From Nitrospirales bacterium (GTDB taxonomy: Bacteria > Nitrospirota > Nitrospiria > Nitrospirales > UBA8639), in the NCBI GenBank assembly GCA_963422365.1, contig OY729426.1:1760001-1824000 (forward strand): a DNA stretch of 64,000 bases. Reading direction: 5' to 3'. Numbering within the stretch: the first letter of the stretch is position 1; the number at the start of each line of letters is the position of its first letter. A program made the translations under genes and the position numbers. Shown here piece after piece: positions 9,001 to 20,056 of the stretch. The notes below the pieces were generated by a model. That model ran no database searches, was not told the DNA's origin, and worked only from the letters and a program-made list of their open reading frames with translations.

Positions 9001-9076
9001 GTGGCGCCGGGCGGGCCGCAGCCACCCCGCGCTGCCCCGAAGGATCAGGTCATGACGAACATGACTCCGGCGCCAC
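9001..9076 (+). ncRNA. Putative structured RNA (four-way junction) after MuF-PBECR
   Basis: 10-bp closing stem gtggcgccgg/ccggcgccac enclosing three hairpins. Confidence 0.4.
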
Positions 9077-9227
9077 GAACACGCTCCCCTCTCGCCCCGA
9101 GGCCGTCAAGCCGGCAGCGGGGTAGGGGGGTGTGGAAGGATGAAGGCAGCAGGGGGAAGGGACAGGGCCGCCGTGCCCGCCCTGTGCGCGACGCTCAGAG
9201 CCTGGCTGCCGACCCCCGGGAGGCCGC

Positions 9228-9488
9228 ATGAGCTCTGGCCTGGCAGTCTACGATGAGAGGGGCGTCGCCACGTTTCAGCAGCGCCGTGTCTACCCACGCG
9301 TGGTGGCGGCGTTTTCGACGGCGGCGAATCGGGCGGGGGCTCGGCAGGTGCCGGGGATGCAATCCCACAGATCGGGTGCTGCTGATGGCAGAGCGGGTGG
9401 CCGACTACGATGCCCGAGTGACCATCTTGACCGTCTCCGTGAGGGGGGCGAGGGTCTCGTGGACGAAGGTGCGGACCGCGGGGACGGG
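9228..9488 (+). pseudogene. Phage tail-region hypothetical protein remnant
   Basis: MSSGLAVYDERGVATF start typical of small tail-associated proteins; GGAGG RBS; GC-rich like neighbouring phage DNA. Confidence 0.4.
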
Positions 9489-10049
9489 GCGGACAACCCG
9501 AGCCGTTCATTGTGCAAGATTTCGGAAATTTACGATACGATTGCCTTCTCGGGGGCGGGGCAATACAGTGAATTTGAACAGCTGCGCACGGCCGGCATCC
9601 GACACGCCGATTTAAAAGGGTTTCTGTATAGCCGTGAAGACGTCACGGCTCGTGCGTTGGCCAATGCCTATTCGCAAACCCTGGGCACGATTTTCAGTCA
9701 AGACCTGAAACCCTTTGAAGTCGAAATTCTGTTAGCCCAAATCGGGAACGGGTCTCGGGAGACGGAGTTGTATCGCATTGCGTTCGATGGGTCCATTTGC
9801 CACGAACAACAATGTGTGGCCATCGGAGGACGGGCCGAGGCGTTGGTTGCGGCCCGTCGCTCGCAGGGGGGCGGGAGCATGCCGGATCTGCAAGCCGCCC
9901 TGCTTCATGGCATGAAGGCTCTTGACACCGCCACGAATCAGAACGTGTCCCTTGAAGGTCTCGAGGTGGCGGTCCTTGATCGAACGCGTGTCGGGCGTCG
10001 TAAGTTTCGTCGGGTTGCCTTTGAAGAGGCCAGGGCCCTTCTCTCCTAA
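9489..10049 (+). pseudogene. prcA: Proteasome subunit alpha, 5'-truncated
   Basis: ADNPSRSLCKISEIYDTIAFSGAGQYSEFEQLR..GIRHADLKG..YSREDVTARALANAYSQTLGTIF..KPFEVE...LEVAVLDR; native N-terminus missing. Confidence 0.85.
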
Positions 10050-13000
10050 TCCCTCCTCCTTCTTGTTTGGCTGCGATTCGGTTGAAAGCGGGACGCGAAG
10101 CAGGATTGACAGCATGAACTCACCCTGGAGGTCTTCTTGGGCGAGGATACACTGGTGTAGTGTGTAAAGCCCAAGAAAGGCACCCCCCTAGAGACCGGCA
10201 CGTTTCGAGCATTCCCCCCCTGTGTCAGATCCAGCCCTGCCTGAAAAGCCGGGGCGCCCTGCTCGCTGTCTGCCGACCTCTTGCAGTGGGGGGGGGATGG
10301 CCGAGGCCCCTTCCTCCCTACAAGCCCACCGTCCAGGAGAACACGATGCCGTGCTCAGTGGCGCTGTCAAGGGTGGTTTGCTGTATCCCCTCGAGGCTGA
10401 GGGCCATGGCCTCGTGGACCTGGAGGTGGCCGCCCAGCCGATACCGGCTGGTGGCCGGCCCGGTGGCGACGCCCCCGTAGGGCGTCACCAGCCACCCGGG
10501 CTGGCGCAGGGCCAGCCCATAGCCAACGTCCGCCGTCAGCCGGCCCACGGCCCCGCCCGCGGGCGCCCCGTTGCCGGCCGGCCCGGCCTCACGGCCCCAC
10601 AACTGCTCCACGCCACTGGCCGGGGTGCCCCACGTCGGCTCGAACGCCACCCACAGCCCCTGCCCCCCCAGCCCCTCTCCTACTTTCACGGCGAGACTGC
10701 CGCCCCAAGCCTCAAAGTCCGTTGCCTGATGCGCCAGCAGATACCGGCCGCGAGCCGCGAGACTCACCCCCCACCACCTCTGCTGATACTCGACCCCGCC
10801 GCTGAGCTCTGCTCCCATCCCCGTCTCGGCGTCGCCGTTGTCCCAGCGCCCCCCCAGCTCCACACTGGGCTGCAGGGCCGACTCTGGTGACAGGGCGACG
10901 TCCGTCTTCATCGCCAGCGCCACCCGCGCCCGGTGCGCCACCCCGGTCACCGCCGCCAGCCCCGCGGCTTCGTCCGCTTTCACCCGCACGGCAAACGCAT
11001 CGGATTTTACCGCCACCTCGATCCCGTGCCACGTGGTCAGCGCCTGCCGCCCGCCTACCGCGGCCAGCAGCAACTGAACGTCCGTCTCCACGCGCCCGGC
11101 GGCGTCTTGCACCTCCAGCTCCCCTACGCCCGCGCCCGCGAGGCCCCACAGCCCAAGCCCCGGAGACGGCGTGTAGTGGACATAGGGCAGCACGCTGGTC
11201 ATGGCTAGGTCTACCTCGCCCCGGATGCCCCCTCGCTCGCCGCTGACCAGGAGAAAGTCCCCCGCGACCTCGTAGTCCAGGCCCCCCACGCTGTGCGACA
11301 CCGCGACGCCCGCTAGCCCCTTCTGCCCGAACCGGTAGTCCAGTCCTACGTAGCCCGTGTAGACCGCCCCGTCGGTCTCCAGGAGCTGACTGGAAAAGCC
11401 GCTGGCCGCCCCCGTGCCCCAGAAGGTCCAGCCCGTTGTCAATTCACCCTCGTTCGTCCTGGTCAACGGCACGGCAAACTCGCTGCGCGCAAACACGTCC
11501 GTGGCCGCAAGTCGCGGGGACCGGCTCGGGGCCACCCGGCCCTCGGCCGCTCGGCCTCGGCCGGCCGAGTCCCGGCTCGCTCCCGTCAGGCCCAGCACCC
11601 CGCCCAACACCCCCGCTACGGACCGGATGTCCAGGGCGGGGACTGCCGTGCCCCCCACCGTGACCGCCGGCTTCCCAACCGGCGGCGCCCCAAACCGGCG
11701 CCCGATCACGGCCACCGCCTCGGTGGCGGCTGTCCGCCCGAACGCCGCGAGGGCCACCGTGAGCGCCCGGGAACGGTGCGTCACCTCAGCAGCCTGCACC
11801 GTCACCCTGAAGTGCAACTGCCCCGTCTGGCCATCGGCGTCCGTGGCCGTGTCGGTGAACCGCGTCTTCGCCACCGCCTCCGTGGGCGTGCCGGTGATGG
11901 TGCGCGCCTTTGCCTCAAAACTGAGCCCCGCCGGGAGAGCCGGACTCAGCCGGTAGGTGATCGGCCCGTCTCCCCCCGTGGCTGCCGGCAGCCGCACGTC
12001 AACGGCCTCGCCAACCGTCCAGTTGTACTCCTCAATCGAGGCTGCCCCGAAACCCGGCAGGGGCGACCCCACGACAAACACCGAAAAGCTGCCTGTTTCG
12101 CCGCAGACATACCCGCGGGGCGCCGCTGCCGGCGACAGTTTCTCCCACGTCTGGGCCTTATCGGCAAGATGATACACAAACAGCGTCCCCGACAGCCCGG
12201 CGGGCTGCTGCAGACAGACCGTGGCCGCTGAGGCGAGCGGCGCGTCCAGCCGGATCTCCAGGGAGGCCGGCTCGGCCCCAAAGGTCACCCCGGCCGGCAG
12301 CGTCAACTGCACCCCCGCCCCGTCTACCTGTGTGGTGATGGTGTAGCCCTCTATCTTGGTCGTGCCCAGGACAACCCCGGTGAGTGCAACGAAGAACGCG
12401 CCCGTCGAGGTGACCACCACATCATCAGGCTTGAGCCCATTGTAGTGGCTGTCGCGACTGGCTGCGATACCCAGTTCGATCTTGTACGACTGCTCGCCAT
12501 CATCCAACCGGTCATCCACCCCGGTGACCGTGATCACCTGCGCGGTGGCCCAGTTGTGGGGGGTGAAGACCAGGCGGCTCGTGTCAACAGTGCCTTCACT
12601 CACGTCGGAACTCGAGACGGTGAGGGTGACCTCGGCCGTGGGCTGGCTGTCTAACACCACGCTGACGCTGTCGCGACTCCCCCCTTCGGTGGTCACGGTG
12701 TGGCCATCCGTCTCGGTGACGGTGATGCCGGCCACGTCGTCATCCGTCAGCGTGACGGCCACGTCGGGAATGCGCACCGCGTCGTAGCCGCCCCCAGAGA
12801 CGGTATGGGTGATGGTGGTGCGTCGGTCTCCCCCATCAACGTGGTCGTCCACGCCGGTGACCGCGAGGCTCTGTGGCTCGGCCCAGGTATCAGCGGTGAA
12901 GGTGATGGATGAAGGGGTGACGGTGGCTACGCCGGTCTTCCCGCTGGTGGGAATGATGGTGACGGCGCCGGTCGGCTGGCTTTGCAGGACGATTTGGTAG

Positions 13001-15699
13001 TAGGTGCGGTGCATGGCGCCGTCGGCCTCGGTGACGGTCAGGGTGTCCCCGGCAAAGCCGAAGAGCCGGGCCGCTACCGTGTCGTCATCCGTCAGCGTGA
13101 CGGCCACGTCGGGGATACGTACCGCGTCATAGCCCCCCCCGGTGACGGTATGGGTAATGGTCGTCCGGCGATCCGCATCAACGCGGTCATCCACCCCGGT
13201 GACGGTGACGGCCTGGGCCGTGTCCCAGGTGGCGGGGGTGAAGGTGATGGATGAGGGGGTGATGGTGGCCACGCCGGGCTCGCCGCTGGTCGGGGTGATG
13301 GTGACGGCGCTACTCGGCTGGGCCGTGAGCCCCACGGTGTAGGTGGCGGTGCGCCCGGCACCACTGGCTTCGGTGACCGTGACACGGGTGTCGGATAACG
13401 TGACGCCCAGGGGGTCGGCGTCACGGGTGTGGGTGGCCCCCTCCACGGTTCGGGTCCCGACGACAACCGGCGACCCACTTCGCAGGCTGCTGCAGATGTC
13501 CCCCGGTCGCCGGGCCTGATGCTCGGGGCCGGCCCCGGCCAGTGCTTCCCACTCACGGCCCTGCTCGGCCAGGTGATAGACCGCGGCATGGCCCGACAGC
13601 CCGGCCGGCCGGTGCAGACAGACCGTGGCCGGTGAGGCTGAGGGCAGCGGCGGGTCTAGCTCCACGTTCACGTAGGCCGCTGCCGCTCCAAAGGTCACCC
13701 CAGCCTGCGGTGCCGGGACGGCTGCCCGCGGCGGCCTCGAGAAGGTGACCCGGGTGACGCCGTGTGCAGACGGCAGCGTCAGCCCCACCCCCGTGCCGCC
13801 CACCGTGGCGGTGATGCGGTCGCCCGTGATGTCGAGCGTGCCCGGGTCCGCCCCGATGACGGTGAGCCCCCCGGCCGCCGCCGCTCTCGTCACTCTGCCG
13901 GCCCTCGGCGTGGCCCGGACAACATCCGACGGGGGACCCACGATACCGTTGTTGCCCACCGCACGAACGCGGAAGGTGTAGGCTAGACCATTGGTCAGAC
14001 TACTCACCACGTGACGGACGGTGTTGGCATCGCTGCCCGATAGTCAACCCAGCCATCGGCAGGCTCGGCATTGCCAGTCCATTGTTTATATTGATAGCCG
14101 GTACAGAGGGTGGGATTGGTCGGATCACTCCAGCGTAACGTCACTTCCCCCTCGCCCGCCACGGCCCTGAGGGCGGGCTGGCCCGGCGTGGCCCCGGGGA
14201 TTACGACGGCGGTGTAGGGGGACTGCGACCCCGTCACCTTGCCCGCGACCGCCCGAATGCGAAAGCTGTATTTCACCCCGTTGGTCAGCCCACTCACGGT
14301 ATAGCCGGTGGTGGCTTTGTCGCTGCCCGGGATGTCGCTCCAAGCACTCCAACTGCCTCGCTCCCCACCGCCCGTCCATTGCCGAATCTGATAGCCGGTG
14401 ATGTCGCGGTTGTTGGGATTGGCCCAGGTTAACGTTATTTCACCGTCGCCGGCCACCGCCTGAGGGCGGGCGGGGGTGTTCGGCGGCGGCGCCACCGGGC
14501 TCGCTTGCACGCGGTTGGACTCGGTCACCACAAACCCGTTCGTCAACCCACGAAGCCGGAAATTGTACGGCACGCTGTTGGTCAGCCCCGTCACGATGTA
14601 GTAGGCGTGTCTGGTGTTGATCGTGGCGGAAATGTCCCGCCAGGCCCCCGTCTCGCTCGGGCCGCTCCAGTATTTGATCTGGTATTTGGTGATGGTGGTG
14701 TCCTTCTGATCCCTCAGACTCGGATCACGCCAGATCAACTCGACTTGTCTGTACCCGGCCTGCGCACTGATTGCAGTCGGCGCGGCCTGCACCGGCGGGA
14801 CCGCCGGTGTGGCACTAGTGGAACGGGACTTCACTCCGGCAACCCGCCCGACCAGCGCCCGAAGGCGGAAGTGGTATTTGGTGCCGTTGGTCAACCCCGT
14901 CACCACGTGGCTGATGGTGTCTTTGTCACTGCCCGACACCTCGCTCCAGCGGCCGCTCTCGGGGGTGCCACTCCAGTATTTATATTGATACCCGGTGATG
15001 GCAAGATTGTTGGGATTGTCCCAGGTTAATGTCACTTGGCCGTTGCCAATGACCTTCGCAAGGCCGGTGGGTTTGGGCGGCGCCGCCGCTGGCGCCGCGA
15101 CCAGCTTGACCCCGATGACACTGGATGCCGGCCCATGAACATAGTCACCGGCCACCGCCCGAAGGCGAAAGTAGTATTTCACGCCGGCGGGTAACCCGGT
15201 CACCACGTGCCGGATGGTGTCTTTGTCGCTGCCCGGAATGTCGCTCCAGGCATTCCAGTCGGGTTTACTCCCGACGTGTGCAATCGGCACGCCCCGCCGC
15301 CGGATCTGATATTTGATAATGGCACCATTATTGGGATGACCCCAGCTTAACGTGACTTGTCCGTCGCCACGTACCGCGGTGACGACAGGCCTGTTGCTAG
15401 GCGCGGTCGGCGTGCGCCCCGGGGTCACGGTCATCACGTCGGACGGCGCCCCCGTCACATTGCCGGCCACCGCCCGAAGGCGAAAGTGATACTCTGTGCC
15501 GTCGGTCAGTTTCCGTACCACGCGCTTCTCTGTAATCGCAGTTATGGCACCTGAAAAGTCAACCCAGCCGCCGGCAGGCTCGGTCTTGCCCGTCCATCGT
15601 TTATACTGATACCCGGTGATGGCAGCATTGTTGGGATCGGTCCACCGAAACTTGACTTTGCCACTGCGCGCAATCACTGTGAGCCCGACAGGGGCCGCC

Positions 15700-15708
15700 G
15701 GGGGGGGG
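15700..15708. repeat. G9 homopolymer at an internal adhesin frameshift
   Basis: One C fewer restores VPPPAAPVGLTVIARSGKV (start of FN3). Confidence 0.8.
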
Positions 15709-17123
15709 TACTGTAGAGGAGGTCACTGTCACTGTAGAGGTGGCAGCAGAGGTGAGTGATTCGGCGGCGCCGCCAGCATCGGTCCAGCTGACGGTGACGG
15801 TGATGGCGGCCCCAACATCGGCTTGCTTCAGGACGTAGGTGTTGCCGTTGGCGCCGCTGATGGCGGTGCTATCGCGTTTCCACTGATAGCTAAATATCAA
15901 ATTACTGGGGCCATCGGGGTCGGAGATGCCGGCAGTCGCTGCGATCAGTGTCTGGCCCTGGGTGGCGGTGCCGGTGATGGTGCCGGTCGGGGAGTCGTTT
16001 ATGTTCGCTACGTTCGCTGTCGCAACAGAGGTGAGAGATTCGGCGGTGCCGCCGGTATCGGTCCATCTGACGGTGACGGTGATGACCGCCCCGACGTCGG
16101 CTTGCGTCAGGGTATAGGTGCTGCCGGTGGCACTGCTGATGTCAGTCGTCAGCACGTGGGTGCTGCCGCCACTGATGACAGTCACGCCGCGCTTCCATTG
16201 GTAGGTGAAGGTTAGACTGCTGGGGCCGTCGGGGTCGGAGATCGTGCTGGTATCCGCGGTAAGCGTCTGGCCCTGGGTGGCGGTGCCGGTGATGGTGACG
16301 GTGCCGGTCGGGGCGCTGTTATCATTATCGGTCAGGGTAACGCTGACGTTGGGGATGACCACTGAGCCGTAGCCGCCGCCACTGATTGCATGGGTGATGG
16401 TGGTGCTGCGGTCGGCACTGGTGCTGTCGTCCACGCCGGTGACGGTGATGGGCTGTGCCGTATTCCAGTTGGCAGTGGTAAACCTCAGGGCCGCAGACAC
16501 GGTGGCCACGCCGGTATCGCTGCTGGCGGGGGTGACGGTGACGGTGCCCGTGGGTTGGGTGTCCAGTACGACGGTGTAGGTAGCGGTATTACTGCTGCCG
16601 CTGGCTTCGGTGACGGTGACACTGCTTTTCGATACGGTGACGCCGGCGGTATCGTTGTCGTTATAGCTCACTTCTAAATCAAAGGTATCCGACCCGCCAC
16701 TGATGAAGCCACCGCCGGACGGAGTATGCCAGATGACGAGTTCAGGTATACTGCCATGATCGACTTGGTTATCCACGACGGTGACGGTGACGGTCTGCGG
16801 GGTGTTCCAGTTGGTTCTGTTGAAGGTCAGGGAGGCCTGGGACACGGTGACTTGAGTATCATCTTCGCTTGCGAGCGCTACGGTCACGTTCCCGGTCGGT
16901 TGTTGATTCAGTTTCACGGTGTAGGTGCGAGAGCTCGGGTATGTTTCGTCAGTACCTGTGCCACCTTCTGCCAGATTTGTTATCTGCGCTACGGAAAACG
17001 TGAGGGCGATGAATCCAAACTGTGCGGCGACCGGCAGGACACAGATGAGAGAGAGGATCAGGCCGAGGGTCGCGGCGAGGTACCGCCGGGGTTCAGAAGT
17101 TAGGGTGCCGAACAGAAATTTCA

Positions 17124-17151
17124 GGGGGGGGGGAGGGGGGGGGGGGGGGGG
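17124..17151. repeat. G10-A-G17 homopolymer tract in the adhesin 5' coding region
   Basis: Directly visible; the start codon is out of frame by one base with the downstream ORF. Confidence 0.9.
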
Positions 17152-17661
17152 AGGGTGATGAAGGAGGCGGTGAGAGCCCGCAGACCAGGGACGTGGTTCA
17201 ATCTCTTCACAGGGTGAAAGTGTCGGTGTCGGTTCATCACGGCCCTCCGTCCACGTTCAGTCACCACCCTCTCCGTCACACCCTATGATGGGCTGGCTCG
17301 TTCTGATGGCGACTAGCTTTGGTCTGATGAGGTCTTTCCTCCGGTGACTTGCTTCAGGTCGGACCACTATATCCCATCACCGTCCCGGTCGTCAACCGTC
17401 CCTCTTCGTTCTCCCTGAACGTAACGCCTCCCTTTCACTCACAAGCCGCTAGGCGCAAACGGATGGGGCGGCCCTCTCACCACCACACACCGCACGGGCT
17501 TGCCCCGCCAAGGCCGCTGACGCCTCGTCGTCGTCAGCTGAAGGCGTCAGCTCTCCAAGAGGGCGTCGCTCTTCGATGGCAGGCTCAGGCGCCTCTTCCA
17601 GGCAACAGAAAATGCCGCTCTGCCAAGGCGGCATGACAGCCGGGAGCCGCATGCCGCCCGG

Positions 17662-17693
17662 CCTTGTCTCCGAGCAGGCATGCCGCCGCTACA
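17662..17693 (-). repeat. GTAG-type REP-like palindrome (family A, degenerate)
   Basis: ccttgtctccgagcaggcatgccgccgctaca matches the copies at 27810 and 32305. Confidence 0.6.
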
Positions 17694-17856
17694 GATTCGT
17701 TCGCTGCGTTCCGCATGAGAGAAGACGGGGGCAGGCTCGCAAGAGCCCGGAGCGTCACGGCCAACCCCGGGGGGGGGCACGGCTACAAGGATTCCGGATT
17801 GTGCAGCGGCGGCGGTTGGTGAATCACGTTGAAATCTTTTTGCGTCACGAAGTGCA

Positions 17857-17946
17857 GATGAGACTCTTTTTTCCGGTCAAACGGTCGTGGATCACTGAGT
17901 CGCACACCAGAAACGCCTGCACGCTAGGTTTGACAATCTCGTTCAT
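17857..17946 (-). pseudogene. N-terminal fragment of a conserved hypothetical protein (DUF6941-like)
   Basis: MNEIVKPSVQAFLVCDSVIHDRLTGKKSLI, then abrupt loss of frame. Confidence 0.5.
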
Positions 17947-18012
17947 CGGAACAGGAACCTCGGCACGAAGACGACCTACCCGATTGCCGAATGCGCAGCC
18001 GGTTGACGGAAA

Positions 18013-18391
18013 TCACATCAGTGCCGTTTGAACGCTGAGATACAGGATCATCACCTCAATGGCATGAGCCATAATAACCGTCACCAAGTTTCGCCATCGC
18101 AAAAAGAGCGCTGCCCAAAGGAATCCATCCCATAGAGCGATCCAGTGGAGATGCCGAAACGTCATCACCAGAAAAGGGTCACAGGCAAATACCAGAGCCA
18201 AGATCAGCATCGCAAGCACGGACCCATCGACAACGTTGCCCACCTCGGTTGCGTGCAAGACCCGGCAGAAGACGGTCTCTACCCACCCAAGCAAAATACC
18301 CGAAAAGTTGGGTACGCATTGATTCAACGGACCGTATCGCCATGTTTTCAGAACAGTTGCCGGATCGGCACGATGACCTGATAAAACACAA
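18013..18391 (-). pseudogene. CPBP/Abi-family intramembrane protease remnant
   Basis: GWVETVF.RVL...VFACDPF...LRWRNLVTVIMAHAIEV; frameshifted and 5'-truncated. Confidence 0.55.
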
Positions 18392-18416
18392 GATCTACGA
18401 GAAGTGAGCCGTTGAA

Positions 18417-18650
18417 GTGAGAGGAGAGAATCATCTTGAGGTCAGCACCAAACGAGTCCGGCGATACCCCATGTTGTTGAATGATGCCTTCATTGATTTC
18501 TCGAAACCCGTGACCGTGGTGACTGATGGTCGAATCAGTTTTCAAGGTCGGGTGACTCCTCGAATCGGAATGCTGCTCCGTCACGTGCGACGGCGTCAGG
18601 ACGTTGATCGCCTCTTTCCCGCTCGCTTGACGATTAATGTCCCGCGATAA
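18417..18650 (+). pseudogene. C-terminal remnant of a hypothetical (hydrolase-associated) protein
   Basis: Protein-like 77-aa stretch (IDFSKPVTVVTDGRISFQGRVTP) with no credible N-terminus. Confidence 0.4.
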
Positions 18651-18683
18651 CGTTTCCCTGCACCTGTTCATGCCTCCTTTTGC

Positions 18684-18713
18684 TTGACAAACGGATTTCT
18701 GCTTCCCTACAGT
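18684..18713 (+). promoter_or_regulatory. Putative sigma70 promoter of the btuFCD leader
   Basis: TTGACA-N18-TACAGT just upstream of the riboswitch. Confidence 0.5.
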
Positions 18714-18721
18714 CTTATCAC

Positions 18722-18890
18722 AATCGTAATCTATGGTACGCATGGGTGCAGGGAAGAAGGTGCAACTCCTTCGCGGTCCCGCCGCTGTCACTGGAAACGA
18801 CCCCCGCAAATGCCACTGTCAAAAATCGAGTTTTGATGGGAAGGCGCGGGCAGTAGGTTTGAATCCGGAAGCCAGAAGACCTGCCCGAGC
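18722..18890 (+). promoter_or_regulatory. Cobalamin riboswitch 1
   Basis: AGGGAA..GGTGCAACTCC..GCCGCTGT..GCCACTG..GGGAAGGC..AGCCAGAAGACCTGCC (B12 box). Confidence 0.93.
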
Positions 18891-18990
18891 GGAGAATCCC
18901 GTTGCCGTTTCAATCGGAGTCATGAACGGGATTCGAGACCTTCGATCCCTCGTGGGCTGGGGAGCGGGTGAGGATGAAGACGCGGGAATA

Positions 18991-19025
18991 ATCCTCAGGG
19001 TCGTTCAGGCCTTGGGGATTTTTTT
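18991..19025 (+). terminator. Intrinsic terminator (attenuator) between riboswitch 1 and btuF
   Basis: 12-bp stem atcctcagggtc/ggccttggggat followed by a T run. Confidence 0.7.
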
Positions 19026-19028
19026 ATT

Positions 19029-20054
19029 GTGTCACGTCTTCAGTTTTTTCGAGATTGCCATCGTATACAAGCGTCTAAGCGGCTGGTCCATTGTACTCTT
19101 GTCAGCATGGCGATCGCGCTTCTTTTGTTTCTCGCAGGTGAACCGCTTTTTGGTTTTTCCGATCACCCCACGACCATGAAACGTCGCCAACAAGGCATTC
19201 TTACCGGGATGCCGTTTATGGCCAATGTGGCTCCTCGGACGTTTGTCGATGAGACCGGGCGAAAAATTTATTTAGCCAAGACTCCGGAGCGCGTCGTTTC
19301 CCTTGCTCCGAATATCACGGAAATGTTGTTTGCCATTGGTGCAGGGGACTCAGTCGTCGGCGTGACGGAATTTTGCGATTATCCCCCCGAGGCACAGACC
19401 AAGATGCACGTGGGGGATTCCCGCCCCAATCTGGAAGCGATTCTTGCTTTAGAACCGGATCTCGTCCTGGGCATGGAAGTGGTTCGGGATGATGTGCTGG
19501 AGACGTTGCAACACCTGAAGATTCCGTTGTTCCTCATGGAAGCGAAATCGTTTGAGCATGTGTATGCCCATATACAAACATTAGGACGGATTTTTCATCG
19601 TGTCAAAGAAGCCGATGCCTTGGTGCATGCCATGCGCAGGGACATCCAAGCCATTGGTGATAGAACGAAGTCCTTACCCAAACCCCGTGTCTTGTATGTG
19701 GTGTATCACGAGCCGTTTCTTACCGCTGGGCCAGGCAGTTTTATTCATCACCTCCTCGATCTGGCGGGTGGAGACAACATTGCGAAGGATGCCGGAAATG
19801 CCTATCCACGCTTGAGCATGGAAGTCGTGCTGCAAAAGGACCCTGAGATACTGTTATTTCCTTCAATGGGAGGACAAGGTTCTCCTGAAACCGTTCTCGA
19901 ACAATGGACGCGCTGGACCACCATAACGGCAGTGAACACCAAGCGCCTTCATTTCGTCCCGTGGACGCTGACGAGCAGGCCGGGGCCAAGAATTGGTCAG
20001 GGTCTCGCAGCGTTAGCTAGAATCATTCATCCTGAAGTGTTTCAGGGGAACTGA
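19029..20054 (+). CDS. btuF: Cobalamin ABC transporter substrate-binding protein (start uncertain)
   Basis: PERVVSLAPNITEMLFAIG..VVGVTEFCDYP, RPGPR; lies under a B12 riboswitch. Confidence 0.85.
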   Translation: MSRLQFFRDCHRIQASKRLVHCTLVSMAIALLLFLAGEPLFGFSDHPTTMKRRQQGILTGMPFMANVAPRTFVDETGRKIYLAKTPERVVSLAPNITEMLFAIGAGDSVVGVTEFCDYPPEAQTKMHVGDSRPNLEAILALEPDLVLGMEVVRDDVLETLQHLKIPLFLMEAKSFEHVYAHIQTLGRIFHRVKEADALVHAMRRDIQAIGDRTKSLPKPRVLYVVYHEPFLTAGPGSFIHHLLDLAGGDNIAKDAGNAYPRLSMEVVLQKDPEILLFPSMGGQGSPETVLEQWTRWTTITAVNTKRLHFVPWTLTSRPGPRIGQGLAALARIIHPEVFQGN

Positions 20055-20056
20055 TC

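Larger units (their letters stand above)
10318..17240 (-). pseudogene. Giant autotransporter adhesin (Calx-beta/Ig-like repeats, about six FN3 domains, putative Ig, C-terminal beta-barrel) split by three frameshifts
   Basis: ORFs 15601..16917, 14004..15677 and 10318..14010 join by single-base shifts at ~14042, at G9 15700..15708 and at poly-G 17124..17151. Start GTG/ATG 17240/17237 has a GGAGG RBS; a hydrophobic signal segment follows the tract. Confidence 0.85.

Noticed and set aside
9001..9076. Canonical tRNA gene
   Set aside because: No GG D-loop, no TTCRA T-loop, and the arm geometry does not fit.
9228..10049. Genuine 273-aa full-length gene
   Set aside because: Chimera of a phage remnant and a truncated prcA.
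10160..17158. Numerous plus-strand and alternative-frame ORFs
   Set aside because: Shadow ORFs of the GC-rich autotransporter with no recognisable motifs.
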